Source of the DNA: Octopus vulgaris
Taxonomy: Eukaryota
DNA length: 64,000 nt
Reading direction: 5' to 3'
Assembly (NCBI GenBank): GCA_951406725.2
Contig: OX597814.1
Coordinates: 119,598,001 to 119,662,000, forward strand
Positions 12,936 to 26,466 of the stretch are shown here, piece after piece. The position numbers and the translations under genes are program-made. Within the stretch, counting starts at the first letter, position 1; every line of letters begins with the position of its first letter. Below the pieces are notes generated by a model. That model had not been told where the DNA came from and made no database searches. It was given only the letters and a program-made list of their open reading frames with translations.

Positions 12936-15094
12936 AAGTAATGAAAATAATGATTGATTAATGAATTTTTTTTCAGGGTTCCCGACACTCGCGTAACATA
13001 CACAGCAAACTTATTTTACCTTCTGACTCACATTTAAAAAAAAACATGAATTTTTCTAGTACGGAAGGGCACCAGAGATGCTACCTCACGGAGTGGAAAT
13101 AATATAAATAATCGTGGTCTTCCCAATATGTGTAGGTTTACAACTGCATCAGCAGAGAAGAGGCAGCGACTGTATTATTACTTTCCAGTGACAATATGTG
13201 AAAGAAAAAAAAACAACATTGATTTTAATATTTCTTCAGTCGATAAAATAAACATAAGGTCTTAGAAATATCATTGGCCACAGAAGAGACAACTACTACT
13301 ACTAGTTGATGTAGTAGTAGTTGTTGTTAGTGTTTAATGCACACGGAAAATATAAATATAAAATATTGAGAGTAACATCACTGTTTTTGTCAGTTGAAAT
13401 ATGTCTGTTATTCACTCAGCTGCGAATGGAAAAAGTGTGAACCGACAGTAATAGTGACAATGGCGGCAAATGTAGAATTGAAAGCTGCAGCAACAGCAAC
13501 ACTGAATGCTATAGCAGTTGGAGACTGGTAATAGCAACAAGCGAAACAGAATCCTACAATGATGTAGCACACACAGATATGTATGTGTGTATATTCGTAT
13601 GAATGTGTGTGTGTATATTTGCATGTATATAGCTAGATATACATTATGTATATTACCCTCATATATACGTGTGCATTTGTGTAAATAAACGCACACTCAA
13701 TTACTAATGAACATATGACAAAGGACAGGAGTTACGTAATCACTTTTGTCTTGTAAATATTGAGGCTAAAAGTGTTTCAAGCCTTGAAATAACTCTGAGG
13801 AAGCTATAAGTGCAACACTAGCATAGCACCCTAGGTGCACGGTACGTTATAATCGCAACAGATGTAAGCTATTACAGATTATAAGGTGACTCATTGTCAT
13901 TTATTTATCAATTTAATTTTTAACGTTTGTATTCATTCGCGAGTCTGCATATAAGTCCTTACTGGAGGACATCAAACAAGTCACACGCTTTCACCATTGA
14001 AACTTCATGCTCTTTTGAATATGATTGAGTTTTCAAAAAATGATTATTGGTGGCATATTGGCTAAGTGGTGTCATAATTTCGAAAAAAATAGCCAACTAT
14101 TCACAGACTCTTCTTTCTTTTGAACATGTCTTTCATGCATTAGTTGCCATGTTCCATCTAGCTAAGTTTCGTTGGCTCTAATATATATATATATATATAA
14201 TTACTTAAATTACTTATATATAATATATATATACTTTACAAACATTTAACACTCTGTTATCTCATTCTTTTATCTTTATATCTTTTTGCTTCTTTGGTAC
14301 TTGAACCAGTAAATTTCTTCGTACTGCAAATTGTTAACTGCTAAGCAAATATTGTAAATGAAATATTGCCAAATTCTAGGAGCCTATAAAATTATGCAAA
14401 CTGAGGTTAAAATTTGTAATGCAAACTGTTTACCTTTATTTGATTCAAACATCTAAAGGTAATATATTCAGTCATCATTTGCAATAAAGAATAATAGATA
14501 TGAACAATAATTTCAAGATAGATCAGTTAATATTTGTAGGGAAAATAAGGAAAAGTCTTTTTTGCCGAAAGGAACACTTTTACTATTTGTTTTGGAAGTT
14601 GATTCTTCTAAATAAAAAGTTTGCATAAATTTTCAAGTGGAAAATGCGTAAATTTGTAAAAAAATAAAGTAATGCAAATTCAGAATATATTTGTAGCGCT
14701 AAACATTTGCAAATGTGCAAAAAGATAAAGATGATACATGATAAAAAATTGTGTAGAATGTCTATCGTTTACCTGCCGCCCCTGGTAAGTAAAAGTTTAT
14801 CGCTCAAAAAGTGAAGTCGAAACTGTTTTCCTACGGAAAAAAGTGAATTTGTTTTGCCAGAAAATTAAAGAGGAACAAAGGTTTTCCCAGGAATAATATT
14901 ATGTAGGAGAAACAACATTCAAAAATAAATAGAGGACAGTTGATATGTGGCTTAGATATTATAAAACCATCTTACGTGACGAAACATGTTGAAAGACTAA
15001 AAAACTAGGCCGAAAGGACAAGTGACTAAATAAACGTGACACTGTTGCTAATTGCACGCAGTTACATTCGTATTTGGTATATGAATATTTATAG

Positions 15095-15280
15095 TGGAGG
15101 GGCGTGGCTTAGTGGTTAGGGTGCTAGATTCATCATCGTAAGATTGTGGTTTCGCTTACTGGACAAGGCGAGACGATGTGTTCTGAGCAAAACAGTTATT
15201 TTCACGTTGCTCTAGTCCACTCAGTTAGCAAAATGAGTTATCCTGCTAAGGATACGCGTCGCGTCCAAGTGGAGACTGTA
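15095..15280 (+). mobile_element. tRNA-derived SINE family C copy (degenerate)
   Basis: GGAGGGGCGTGGCTTAGTGGTTAGG A-box head. Related to the copy at 25469-25791. Confidence 0.7.
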
Positions 15281-15282
15281 AA

Positions 15283-15500
15283 AAGTGCGGTGATCTAGCA
15301 GAAACGTGAGCACGCCGGGCGAAATGCTTAGCGATATTTCGTCTGTCTTTACGTTCTGAGTTCAAATTCCGCCGCGGTCAACTTTGCAGTTCATCCTTTC
15401 AGGATCAATAAATTAAGTGCCAGTTGCGTACTGAGGTCAATCTAGTCGACTGGACCCCTTTGCAAATATTTCGGGCCTTGTGTCAAGTGTAGAAAAGGAT
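15283..15500 (+). mobile_element. SINE family B copy
   Basis: GCAGAAACGTGAGCACGCCGGGCGAAATGC..GTTCTGAGTTCAAATTCCGCC. Confidence 0.9.
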
Positions 15501-15995
15501 ATATAGATATTTATGGTTTTCTTGATGATGAACTTGAAATTATTGTTGAATTATATCTGAACTGTGTATTTCTCATAATAAATAAAAATCAAATTAAAAT
15601 ATAATATACGAAAACAGACTGTCAATTAGAATAATGTTACAAACAATAATGTAATCTAACAGAGCTATGATACGTTATATTGTCTTCGGAAACGAGTTTA
15701 CAATTACCCAAATGAAATTATGAATACGGCTGCAGAAGACCCAACAAGCAGAATATAACACAAACTGTATTATAACGATTAATAATAATCCTCTCAACTA
15801 GATATTTATTGAAAAGTGTTAGCAATTGCTGTTTTCTAATGCAGATAAAGTGTGACAATACAATTTTAACTCTAAATGCTTAATCTCATAGTTTACTTGG
15901 GATGTTTCTCCTGATTAAATCGATAAACAATAATATAACTTATATTTTAATATTACTCTCACAGATAATAATAATAATAATATATATATAATAAT

Positions 15996-16133
<138 letters not shown>

Positions 16134-16469
16134 TGTTATGAAAATATAAATTATAATGTTAAGTTAAACAGATAAAGAGTTTTTCATACTGCACTGTAAG
16201 GTTAGGATGAATTCCCTTATCAAAATGTGGGAAGCGAGGTGTTATTACCCAAGACTGTGAAACTATAACAAATTGGCTAGACCTTGGCAAACCTTTATAA
16301 GCATAGATAATTGTATCCTTCTACCAGTTTTTTTCTGACAGTTTTTTCTATGAGACAAAGTTGATCAATTGGATTCTGGAAGCTATGATTGGCATTTAGG
16401 GATTTACTTTATGCTCCAAGAATTCGCCATAAATTTTGTCAGATTTAAAATAATTTCTGTCACATCTGG

Positions 16470-16700
16470 GTCCAAGGTTCGAAATCCACTTTTCGAAAAC
16501 CGAATTTGTTCTAAAATGGAAATCCTGCTTTTATGAAATCCAAATTTTCGGAATCCATATTTTTTTGAAAACCAAACTTGCAAAGCCAGTTTTGTGTGGG
16601 GCCAACTTTGGTGGAACCAAAATTTGTGAATCCAGATTTACGGATCCAAGTTTGTAAAATCAAGTGTGTGAAGCCGGATTCTGAGTTCGAATTTATGAAC
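16470..16700. repeat. Degenerate tandem repeat of about 15 bp (GAATCCAAATTTGT-like), probably DNA-transposon subterminal repeats
   Basis: About 14 recurrences of (G/A)AATCC/AACC followed by TTT at about 15-nt spacing. Confidence 0.6.
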
Positions 16701-18973
16701 TGTATTTATATGTTACCTTTATAAATATTATGCTGACAATTGTTAATATTTTACAAAAAATTTCATGATGTGTTGATTTTTTTTAGGTTCGCCCTATCCT
16801 CATTGATTCTGTAAATTCGGGTTATGACCACCAGGTTGTAACAACATGCCCTGGCTGGGTTTTGAAAATAGACCACAAAGAAACACATAATTTCTACCAA
16901 TCTAGCGCTTGCAAAGAGAATAATAATTCGAATTGGTTTATTGTCATTCAATTTGTTAGAATGAGCTCGCATAAAACTACAGCTTTCTAAAAGTTGTAGA
17001 ATGCAGAAAAAGTTTAGAGAAGATAGTATTCGTTCACATCTCCATAATTCTAAGCCACAAATATCCCTGTTGGGAGGTAAAACAAGTTGCACCTGGCTGA
17101 TGCCTGAACTCATTATATACAATATATGAAGTCATTTTACAACCTATTCGTACTCAAATTCTTCAACTATAAAAAATAATTAGCTTTGAGGCGCGGATTA
17201 ATAAATGTGAAAAGAAATAAAACTTTCTAAAGAATTATTTTGAAATCATTGATTCTATTAGTGAAGCCAAACTTCTTTGGTTTGCAATGCTTTTTCAGTA
17301 TCACGATGTACTGTATTTCCCCATTTCTCTCTTTCTGTACTTCTTCATGACAAGAGAGATCTTGTTCATTGGAGCTATAAATGTACCCTGGTAGTTTAGT
17401 GTTATATTAGACAAAACCTATTTGAATAAATGGAGAAAGAATAATGGGATAAAAATGTTAGGTTAGGTTTAAGCAGCGAAATATGTAGTAATTCGCAGGA
17501 AAGCTGTTACGATATTAGGAAATTAACAGCATGTTGTTTTGTTAAGAGAAAAAAAAAACGTCTTATAAAGGATTGTAAAATGAACAACCTTAAAGAAATA
17601 ACACGCCCTTTATTCTGATTACTTTTCAATGTAAAATTTTGTTATCCTGTTTGTCTTGAAATCAACATTTTCTTTATATCGATTTAAATGTCATTATGCC
17701 TGACCTAGCTGTGACCTAACAATTAGATATTTCAAATCCGTGCTGTAGATTAGCGGGGCGTTTTATTTAATCAATATGTTGGGCTACGAATCAATTAAGC
17801 TTTTTTGAAGTACCATATTCAGCATCTTCATTTGGTGTCCTGGAGACATTAAAGAAGGTTAAATATCAAGCTAGATATTTTATTTCCTGATGAACAGTAT
17901 TTCACAAATCTGAATCTTAATTTAACATTGGACCTTCCTTTCCATCTGAATGAAATTCAATTACTATATAACCATGGTAGAAATAAAATACATAATGTAG
18001 ATGTATTACGAATATTATATGTAATTGTTGGCTGTATTACATTTGCATGTGTATGTCATTCTGCCTTTATATATATGTAAACATTTGTATAAACACATTC
18101 ATCCGCAAAGAATATAAGAAAAATAAATTATAAATCTATCTAACCATAATGATCAGTTATGTTTCCTGTCAGAAAGATAACGCAAATGCAGGGAATTTTA
18201 ATACCATACCTATATCTAGGAAGAATTATTTGCGCGACAATATCTATGAGTGGTGAAAGCCGTGGGCCGAGAGATATCTACAGTTCACGATACTGTGCAA
18301 ATTCCATATTCAACAGCCTTACAATAAGAATATATGGACACAAACGACATCATACTTTGTTCGTAAAAGTCAAATCTTGAGAACGGTCCATTCCGCAACA
18401 ACTTATTTCGCTGTTGTGTTTTGTAGCTACTTACATTGAATAAACTTCACTGCAAGTTATCAGAGATTTGTACTTATTGTTTGTTAGGGATTTGAACCTG
18501 CGTGACAAAATATATAATGAGCCAGAAATTACTAAGACTGAATAAAATTTACCATGAAGCTTTTTTTCGCTCTCCATAAATTGAAACTGAAACCTCCAAA
18601 TAACACGATATCGACCCACAAATACATGTACAAACAAACATACAGATGTATATATATATATATATATATATGCATGTATGTATGTATGTATGAAGTTTGC
18701 TACAAAAATAACAAATAAATAAAAGAGACAGTGATAGCCGAACATATCAATTATTCCACATTTCTGTGGAAGCCATCATATATGTGATACGCAGTTTGCC
18801 AAAATATTTGACCTGACATTGTCACTTAAACAATACATAGTCTACCTCCAAAAGGCTGTCCCGGGATACAGAGAATTCCCTCTGTAATTCAATACATCTA
18901 TAATGAACACCAAGACAACTGGTAGTTACTCTCATGCAAACTTCTATTTAGTACAACTATTAGATACCATATT

Positions 18974-19062
18974 CAAGGCGGTGGGCTGACAGAAACGTTA
19001 GTACGCCGGGCGAAATGCTTAGCGTTATTTCGTCTGCCCTTACGTTCTGAGTTCAAATTCTG
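18974..19062 (+). mobile_element. SINE family B, 5' fragment
   Basis: AAGGCGGTGGGCTGACAGAAACGTTAG..GTTCAAATTC. Confidence 0.85.
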
Positions 19063-19115
19063 TGACAGTCATCATCATCGTCATCGTGATCCTCTTCATC
19101 GTCCTCCAGAGTGTT

Positions 19116-19485
19116 AGGAGTGGCTGTGTGGTAAGTAGCTTGCTTACCAACCACTGCGTGGCACCTTGGGTAAGTGACTTCTACAATAGCCTCGGGCCGA
19201 CCAAAGCCTTGTGAGTGGATTTGGTAGACAGAAACTGAAAGAAGACCGTCCTGTATATATATATATATATATATATACTCTTTTACTCTTTACTCTTTTA
19301 CTTGTTTCAGTCATTTGACTGCGGCCATGCTGGAGCACCGCCTTTAGCCGATCAAATCGACCCCGGAACTTATTCTTTGTAAGCCCAGTACTTATTCTAT
19401 CGGTCTCTTTTGCCGAACCGCTAAGTGGCGGGGACGTAGACACACCAGCATCGGTTGTCAAGCAATGCTAGGGGGACAAACACAA

Positions 19486-19516
<31 letters not shown>

Positions 19517-19920
19517 CATATATACGACAGGCTTCTTTCAGTTTCTGTCTACTAAATACACTCACAAGGCATTGGTCGGCCCGGGGCTATAGCAGAAGAC
19601 ACTTGCCCAAGATGCCACGCAGTGAGACTGAACCGGCAACCATGTGGTTGGTTAGCAAGCTACTTACCACACAGCCACTCCTGCGCCTATATATATATAT
19701 ATATATATATATGAGTGTGTGTATGTATGTGTTTGTGTGTCTGTGCCTGTTTCCCAACATCGCTTGACAACCGATGCTGGTGTGTTTACGTCCCCGTCGG
19801 TTCGGCAAGAGAGACCGATAGAATAAGTACAAGTCTTGGGGGTCGATTTCCTTGACTAAAGGCGGTGCTCCAGCATGGCCGCAGTCAAATGACTGAAACA
19901 AATGAAAGTAAAAGAAAAGA
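19116..19920 (+). mobile_element. SINE family A, split by an inverted copy of the same family
   Basis: 5' half at 19116-19253 and 3' half at about 19712-19920. Confidence 0.9.
19277..19688 (-). mobile_element. Young full-length SINE family A copy (nested)
   Basis: Complete from the AGGCGCAGGAGTGGCTGTGTGG head to the (GTAAAAGA)n tail, flanked by (TA)n. Confidence 0.93.
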
Positions 19921-20324
19921 TGCGAGAAGAGTTTTCCAGTATTACTATCTTCCGTTCTTAGAAGTGTAGCAAAATGTTATAGTGAATTAATGTACATTCT
20001 CGTCTTAGGGAGATGGACATAATATATGGATTCATTCAGACTGATATTCAGGGAGAGATTGAGTGTGTTAATGAATAGATTACACATGTATGAAAACCAA
20101 CATCTTTATTTTTGTTTTTGCTACACATGGTTCGACTGGTGAATCGTGACACGTTCTGCTAATATATTTTCTTGAGCAATGATTCTGTGGATAGCAAGTA
20201 AGAGTCTATAGAATATAAAATTCTTCCTTCTGGCCATCAATGATGTCCATGTTAGTGTATTGCAGATACACCTACACAACGCTTTCATCGCAGGCATTGC
20301 TGACTCAGCGCAAACACAAAAAAT

Positions 20325-20409
<85 letters not shown>

Positions 20410-20559
20410 CATATAAAATATGATATATAATTATGGGCCTCTACAACAGCTTTGCCAATTCAAGTCTTTGACGTATACGAAACCTCCGCACCCATAATTG
20501 AATACACGAACGCTCAAACTCATTTGTGTGTGAATAATTGTGTGTGTTATATTTACCTA

Positions 20560-21410
20560 TTTACCTTTACATACACAAGCGATTGTATTCCAATTCATGT
20601 ATTCCAGCATATATTATATTTATGTTCTTCAACTGTTAGTATTTGGCATTTATATAACAAGATTTGTTACAAGATAATCTGCAAGCATGCATGTATTGTA
20701 TAATTAATAGGAAGGAAAAAAATAGTATTACTGGACAGAAAATTGTTTTTCTTGTATTTCTTTTGTTACAATATACTATTTAATATGAACTGATGACTAA
20801 AAGTCTATCGGACATTTTCGTAAATTAATCTAGAACGTGTGTGTTCGTGCTGTTTTAGACTGTAGTTATGGAAGTACATCTCATACATTAATGCATTAAT
20901 AAAGAATATGTGCAACGACTGCATTATAAATAGGCTTTTAGCATCGCATCTCATTTAATTGGGTCTTCATTTAGTGCTTTTGAATTCTTGAGGATTTCAT
21001 GATTTAAATTCATTCTGTTATTTTTCCAAAGAAAAGAAGTGAGTTTGTGTAGTTACTTCATACTTGCACATTACGACTTACATTTGTTTGGTTGTTTCTT
21101 TTTCTTGAGTTTACGAAATTTCTTAGAATAAACATTCCAACATTAGATATACATTCTTCTTCGTGATTCTGTATAACAAGTGACATTACTGAATAAAATA
21201 TTTTCGAAGTAAGCTAAAAATTACTTTATAGTTATCTCTTGAAAACAAGAAAATTGTTAACATTCTGCTATATACGGTTCATTAATTTCATTGCATTCCA
21301 TAAAATGAAATATTTCCGTTATGGAATCAGTCCATAGTTGCCGAAGTACCTGATCCACTCGATCATGCCGAGTTATGACAATTCATTCTCCAGGTGTTAT
21401 GGCTGATATA
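20560..21410 (-). pseudogene. Decayed leprecan/CRTAP-like paralogue D
   Basis: NEPYIAEC*QFSCFQ (21239-21283; compare REPYKFLQFAYFK), IQNHEEECISNVGMF, HVLD/NLRKCPIDF, YLVTNLVI and EEHKYNMLEY. Confidence 0.55.
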
Positions 21411-21779
21411 TGAAATAAAACACTTATCATTAAATTAAAACAAGTTGGAATAAGAAACTGTTCAAAAATTAGGTTAAAAGCAAATGACAATAATGTATGT
21501 TTCTCACTTAATCTAATACGTGTGTAACAATATATTTTAATACAATCAATGCTTTAAACATAGCGACATAGTGACGTGAGTGAGTTATATGTGCATTTCC
21601 GAGATATTGGTGATTACTGTGAACAGATTCTTTTTTGAGGACACCTCTCAAAACAACTTTGTTTAAAGTGGATCTGAAAAATATTTATCCGGTGGAGTGA
21701 AATCAATATTGTCAAATTTACATAATAATCATACTGCATAATATTAATAATTCTTTATTTGTATGTTTAAAAATCTGCA

Positions 21780-21825
<46 letters not shown>

Positions 21826-21939
21826 ACGTGGTGTATGCATGTATATATATATAGATGTGGTGAATGCATTTTTGCCTTAATTAACGTTGAAACTTATTGG
21901 CAAGTTATTAAACGAAACTGAACTTTTCATTAAGATAAT

Positions 21940-22963
21940 ATTTTATGTTCAATATTTTATACAAGCAATCTAGCGTATCAAAGAGGTGTGAATGCCTTTA
22001 GAAATGAAAATTATCAAAATTGTTGTTTTTATTGTTTAGCAATACATCAAGGAGAGCAATTTGTGTTTTCTATCTCAAAGCAATTGCCGACAAGAAAGAA
22101 ACTTCATCGTTGTTTGTAGTAAGTAATATAGAATGCGCCTGCACAGTTCTTCACATAGTGAGATCTATAAAAGATCTCGTTGAAGAGCCAGGTGTAAAGT
22201 TATTGTAAATAACCAAGAATACTTTACAAAAACCATTCCGTGGTGGAAATACTTCTTCGAAACATTATATAAAATTTAACTACTATGGGAACGATTTAAA
22301 ACATGAATTCTTCTTCGTTTTGATGTCGTCTGATATAAGTGAGTTAAAAGAAGGAAAAAAAAATTGCAAATGTAACGCTGAAGCACCTCGTATATTTTCA
22401 GACGCTGTGATAAGATGGCAACACAGGAAACATTTTGCTTCACCTTTTAATGTTGGAGTTGTCTGTGCTTAAATGTTAGTGACAAGTTTATCGCAATGAA
22501 ATGTTGCACAATATTTACCATTTCGAGAGTGATGCACACAGATTTCGTGCTTGATTCATAACATTCAGACATACGTTTAAAAGCATAGATCAAACTGTTC
22601 GAATGGCTTCATGGTGTCACACAGTGCACTGCAAAACTCTAAATTCTGATCAGATTTTATCAAAGGCTATCTAAAGCGAGTGTTATATCTTGGTCAAAAG
22701 ATTACTGTAATAATAAATATACAGACTACGTATTATTCAAAGTACATCTGAAACATCCGAATGACAAGCAAATTTTCTAGTTCTGTTACTTGAAACACTA
22801 AGGCTGAGCTCTGAGGTAGAAAATTGTATGTGTAAGGTTTAAACCCAATAAGTGGTGAGTATCAACTGTACATTATTATTTCCACAAAAGTAAGATGAAT
22901 GTTACCTAAAGATAATGTTTCAGAATCGAATAGGTTCTTTCTTATAAATAAATAAATAAATAA

Positions 22964-23029
<66 letters not shown>

Positions 23030-23640
23030 GTGCATGTGTGAGAGAAAGAGACAGGTGTGAGAGAACGAGAATGAAAAAAAAAAACAAGTACTCAAATAAA
23101 ATTACGATGAAATTCTGTAGTTATACACAATATCGGAGATATTTTGCAAATTGATTCAGAACTTTCTTCCATTGAATCCACATAAATTTCATCTTGGGAA
23201 TATTTTGTTCTACTACGGTAGTTTAATGAATTTGCATGTAGGAACTTTCGAACAAACTCTAAAGATTCATGCGTATCAATGTTTTAGAAATTTCTGAAAA
23301 CTCTCGGGGGTCATATGGCATGTAATATGATCTACAAGAAAAAAATCTAGAGTCTAATCAATTAAAAGAGAATAATAATTTTGCATGTCAAATCCATGAA
23401 TTATTTCAGATACAGGAAGATAGTTTCAATATTTATGACATTTTAGTCCCTTTTTTTGTTGTTTGCTTGTAAGGGAATAGATTCAGTTACAGCATTTAAA
23501 ATTTTACTGGTTTTATTGCTTTAGCACTTAAAGGAATATTAGAACTAAAAGAATAGGAGAAAATATTTTGCAGATACACGACGCTTTCATTGCAGACATT
23601 GCTGGCATGTGCGCAAACACTTAAAAAAAATTATACGCCT
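21940..23640 (+). pseudogene. Decayed leprecan/CRTAP-like paralogue E
   Basis: AYQRGVNAFRNENYQNCCFY (21976-22030; compare Y..G..AY..E.W..C), KESNLCFLSQSNCRQ, RARC, KPFRGGNTS, YYGNDLK and CVSMF*KF..MACNMIY. Hydrophobic tail, then LQIHDAFIADIA. Confidence 0.6.
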
Positions 23641-23669
23641 CTACAACAGCTATTTATGATGTTTATTGT

Positions 23670-23990
23670 TCAGTGTTCAAATTCAAAGGGAGCTTCATAG
23701 CCTTTTAACGTTCTGGAGTGTATAATATAAAACATTACCAAATACTAAACAGTGATTTAATTAACCTACTCTCAGCTTTGTGGCGTTGGCGATAAATTAC
23801 AAACGCAGACAAAATGCATAGCACAGCGTCATCCGTATTTATATTCTGAGTACGAACACCACTGAGATCGACATTGCTTTCAATCGTTTCGGGGTGGATG
23901 AAATAAGTATCAACCAAGTACCGGGGTCGATGTAACTGAATATCCCTTCCCCCAAAATGCTAGGCCCTGTGCTGATACCAGTAAGGATTA
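23670..23990. mobile_element. Cluster of degenerate SINE family B fragments in both orientations
   Basis: GTTCAAATTC, TTCTGAGTACGAAC and GGGGTCGATGTAAC blocks. Confidence 0.65.
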
Positions 23991-24099
23991 TTATACACCA
24001 AAATAAAGTAACTAGAACGTAAAGATATTGTCTAAGTACAATATTTTACACACACATACAGATTTATATATTAGTATGAACGTATATAGCCGCATCATT

Positions 24100-24540
24100 A
24101 TACATAACTATTCTGTTTGAGCTTTAGTGATATTATAAACGAACTAATTTCTACACAAATTCTCCCTCTATTTGGAAAAGTATTTGCATGTGCAATAGAC
24201 ACATATTAGGGACAACATATTGGAGCTATCACTGTTATTTTCTTTTTCCATTTTTATCCTATTAAATATTCCATCCATGTCATATTCTCCAGTAATGCAT
24301 ATATAATTACATGAATTTTAAATTGTGTTTCTTGCAGAAGATTAAGTGGGATACATGAATTCAAATTAGTTCCTTATCTCAAAGATGTTTCAACAAATAC
24401 ATTCTATGCAAATATGTTAATACATTGTATTAAGTAACTATTTCTTGGTGTCAATGTAAATAAAAGATAAATCACATTCAGGAAATTCTATATATAATAC
24501 TACAAAGGAATCTCATGAATCATATACAAAAGAGTGTATG

Positions 24541-24586
<46 letters not shown>

Positions 24587-24626
24587 TATAATGTCAACCA
24601 ATATGTCGCATGTTATTAGTTATGGC

Positions 24627-24669
<43 letters not shown>

Positions 24670-26010
24670 TGTACATTTGTGCTGTCTATGCCTGTACTAA
24701 GCTAACATTCTTATTTTGAAGTTGTTCAAAGAGAGACACGAAGTCATCGATTATTGTATCAAAGTATTTACACGTGTAAAATGAGTGTATTAGTGAGTCA
24801 GTTTTATCTGTAAATATTTTATTTAACGACTGAGTTTATTCAAGAATACATGTACAGATTACCTATCATTCAAAATATACCAAACAAATCTTCTTTCAGC
24901 TAAGATTGCAGCAGAGGGATTACTTGACAAGTTTACTTAAAATTGGCAAATCTTATTTTAACGTGACGATTTATGTGAGATTTAGTATATACGCTACACA
25001 AGTTTTAGAAACGCTGAAAATTCCGACAGATATTTGATAAATATACCATAGAATGATAAGAGACGTTTCGTTTTATCCGTGTATGTATGTTGAACGTAGA
25101 TACCCAACATACACAAGCAAACACGTGCAACTAGACGCATATACGGACAGGCACACTCACAAACACATACACACACATACACGTATATTCGCATTGATAT
25201 ATCTAGTATTTAGATAGGTGGCTGGTTGGAAAACACAGGTGTAGTGAGCTTACGATTGTACGTATTAATAAGAAATCACTGATTTTATTGATGTTGCGCC
25301 AACACGATTTCGGTAGATACAAGATTCGAGTTGCATTAAAGAGCATAAATTTTGTGACACAGGCATGAATATTTTTAAAGTTTTTCTCTTACAAAAATGA
25401 GCATCTATATTGGGAAACAATCTACAATAGTTTCAACTTGATTCAGTGCCTTATTTTTTTTATTAAAATTTTTTTTTTCATGCGCCCTTTTCAAGCCTAG
25501 CCAGGCTCATGGGTCCGGTTTCCCGGTTTCTGTGGCGTAGTGTGTTCCCTCCCCACCTAACTTGACGGGACGCCAGTCCATCGTAGTGTTACTCAAGAAA
25601 CAGGAAGAAAGAGTGAGAGAAAGTTGTGGCGAAAGAGTACAACAGGGGTCGCCACCACCCTCTGCCGGAGCCTCGTGGAACTTTTACTTGTTTTCGCTGA
25701 ATAAACACACACAACGCCCGGTCTGGGAATCAAAACCGCGATCCTCAGACCTCGAGTCCGCTGCCTTAACCTCTGGGCCATTGCGCCTCCACTCATTGCC
25801 GTGTTAGTATAATTCAAATAACAGAGAGAGTATGAAAACCCACCACAGGATAAATATCAATAGCAGGGAACCTGTCATCAATCTCTGCATCGGGATCTAA
25901 AGCGATTCGGATTTCCTCATCTATGAATGAAGATATTATATAAATTCTCAGGGGCATGAAGCTGACTGATGCAATATATATATATATATATAAGTTGAGC
26001 GACTTTCACT

Positions 26011-26045
<35 letters not shown>

Positions 26046-26417
26046 TATATGAGTGTATAACAAAGAACAGCACAATAAACATCAGAACGGAAAATAAGAA
26101 ACAGTGCAAAGCTGCACTCTGGATTCAATATAACGGTAAATTCCTTAATACAGTATAACTTATGTGCAGTAAAGTAAAAAAGGACTAGTTTCCTGACTGG
26201 TGTTTCACCTACTTTCCGTTCTTAATAGATAATGTAAATGGCTAGCATTGCGATGTATTGCCTAATTTGCATATTTGTACATTTGACGGCTCGTCATTAA
26301 TCAAATATTAATTACCAACTAAATGGTGTAAGTCAAAAAGCGAGATATATTGAAATTATTGATATTTAAATAGGATTATATATTTATATAGATAGATAAA
26401 TCGATAGAAAAACACAT

Positions 26418-26466
<49 letters not shown>

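Larger units (their letters stand above)
16780..20320 (+). pseudogene. Decayed leprecan/CRTAP-like paralogue C, interrupted by SINEs at 18974-19920
   Basis: DSVNSGYDHQVVTTC..FYQSSACKE, KPQIS/CWEV/NKLHLADA, INKCEKK*NFLKNY, YVSCQKD..ERYLQFT (18269-18289)..TTSYFV. Its 3' end LQIHLHNAFIAGIA is shared with copy E. Confidence 0.6.

Noticed and set aside
22040-22118. Apparent intact internal exon (tttag...gtaagt)
   Set aside because: Leprecan-like similarity continues on both sides, so the splice-like signals are probably coincidental within pseudogene E.
16780-23640. Endogenous virus, RNF213-like or GPCR explanation for the decayed coding-like segments
   Set aside because: No polymerase, AAA or 7TM motifs were found. 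The recurring motifs fit the leprecan family better.
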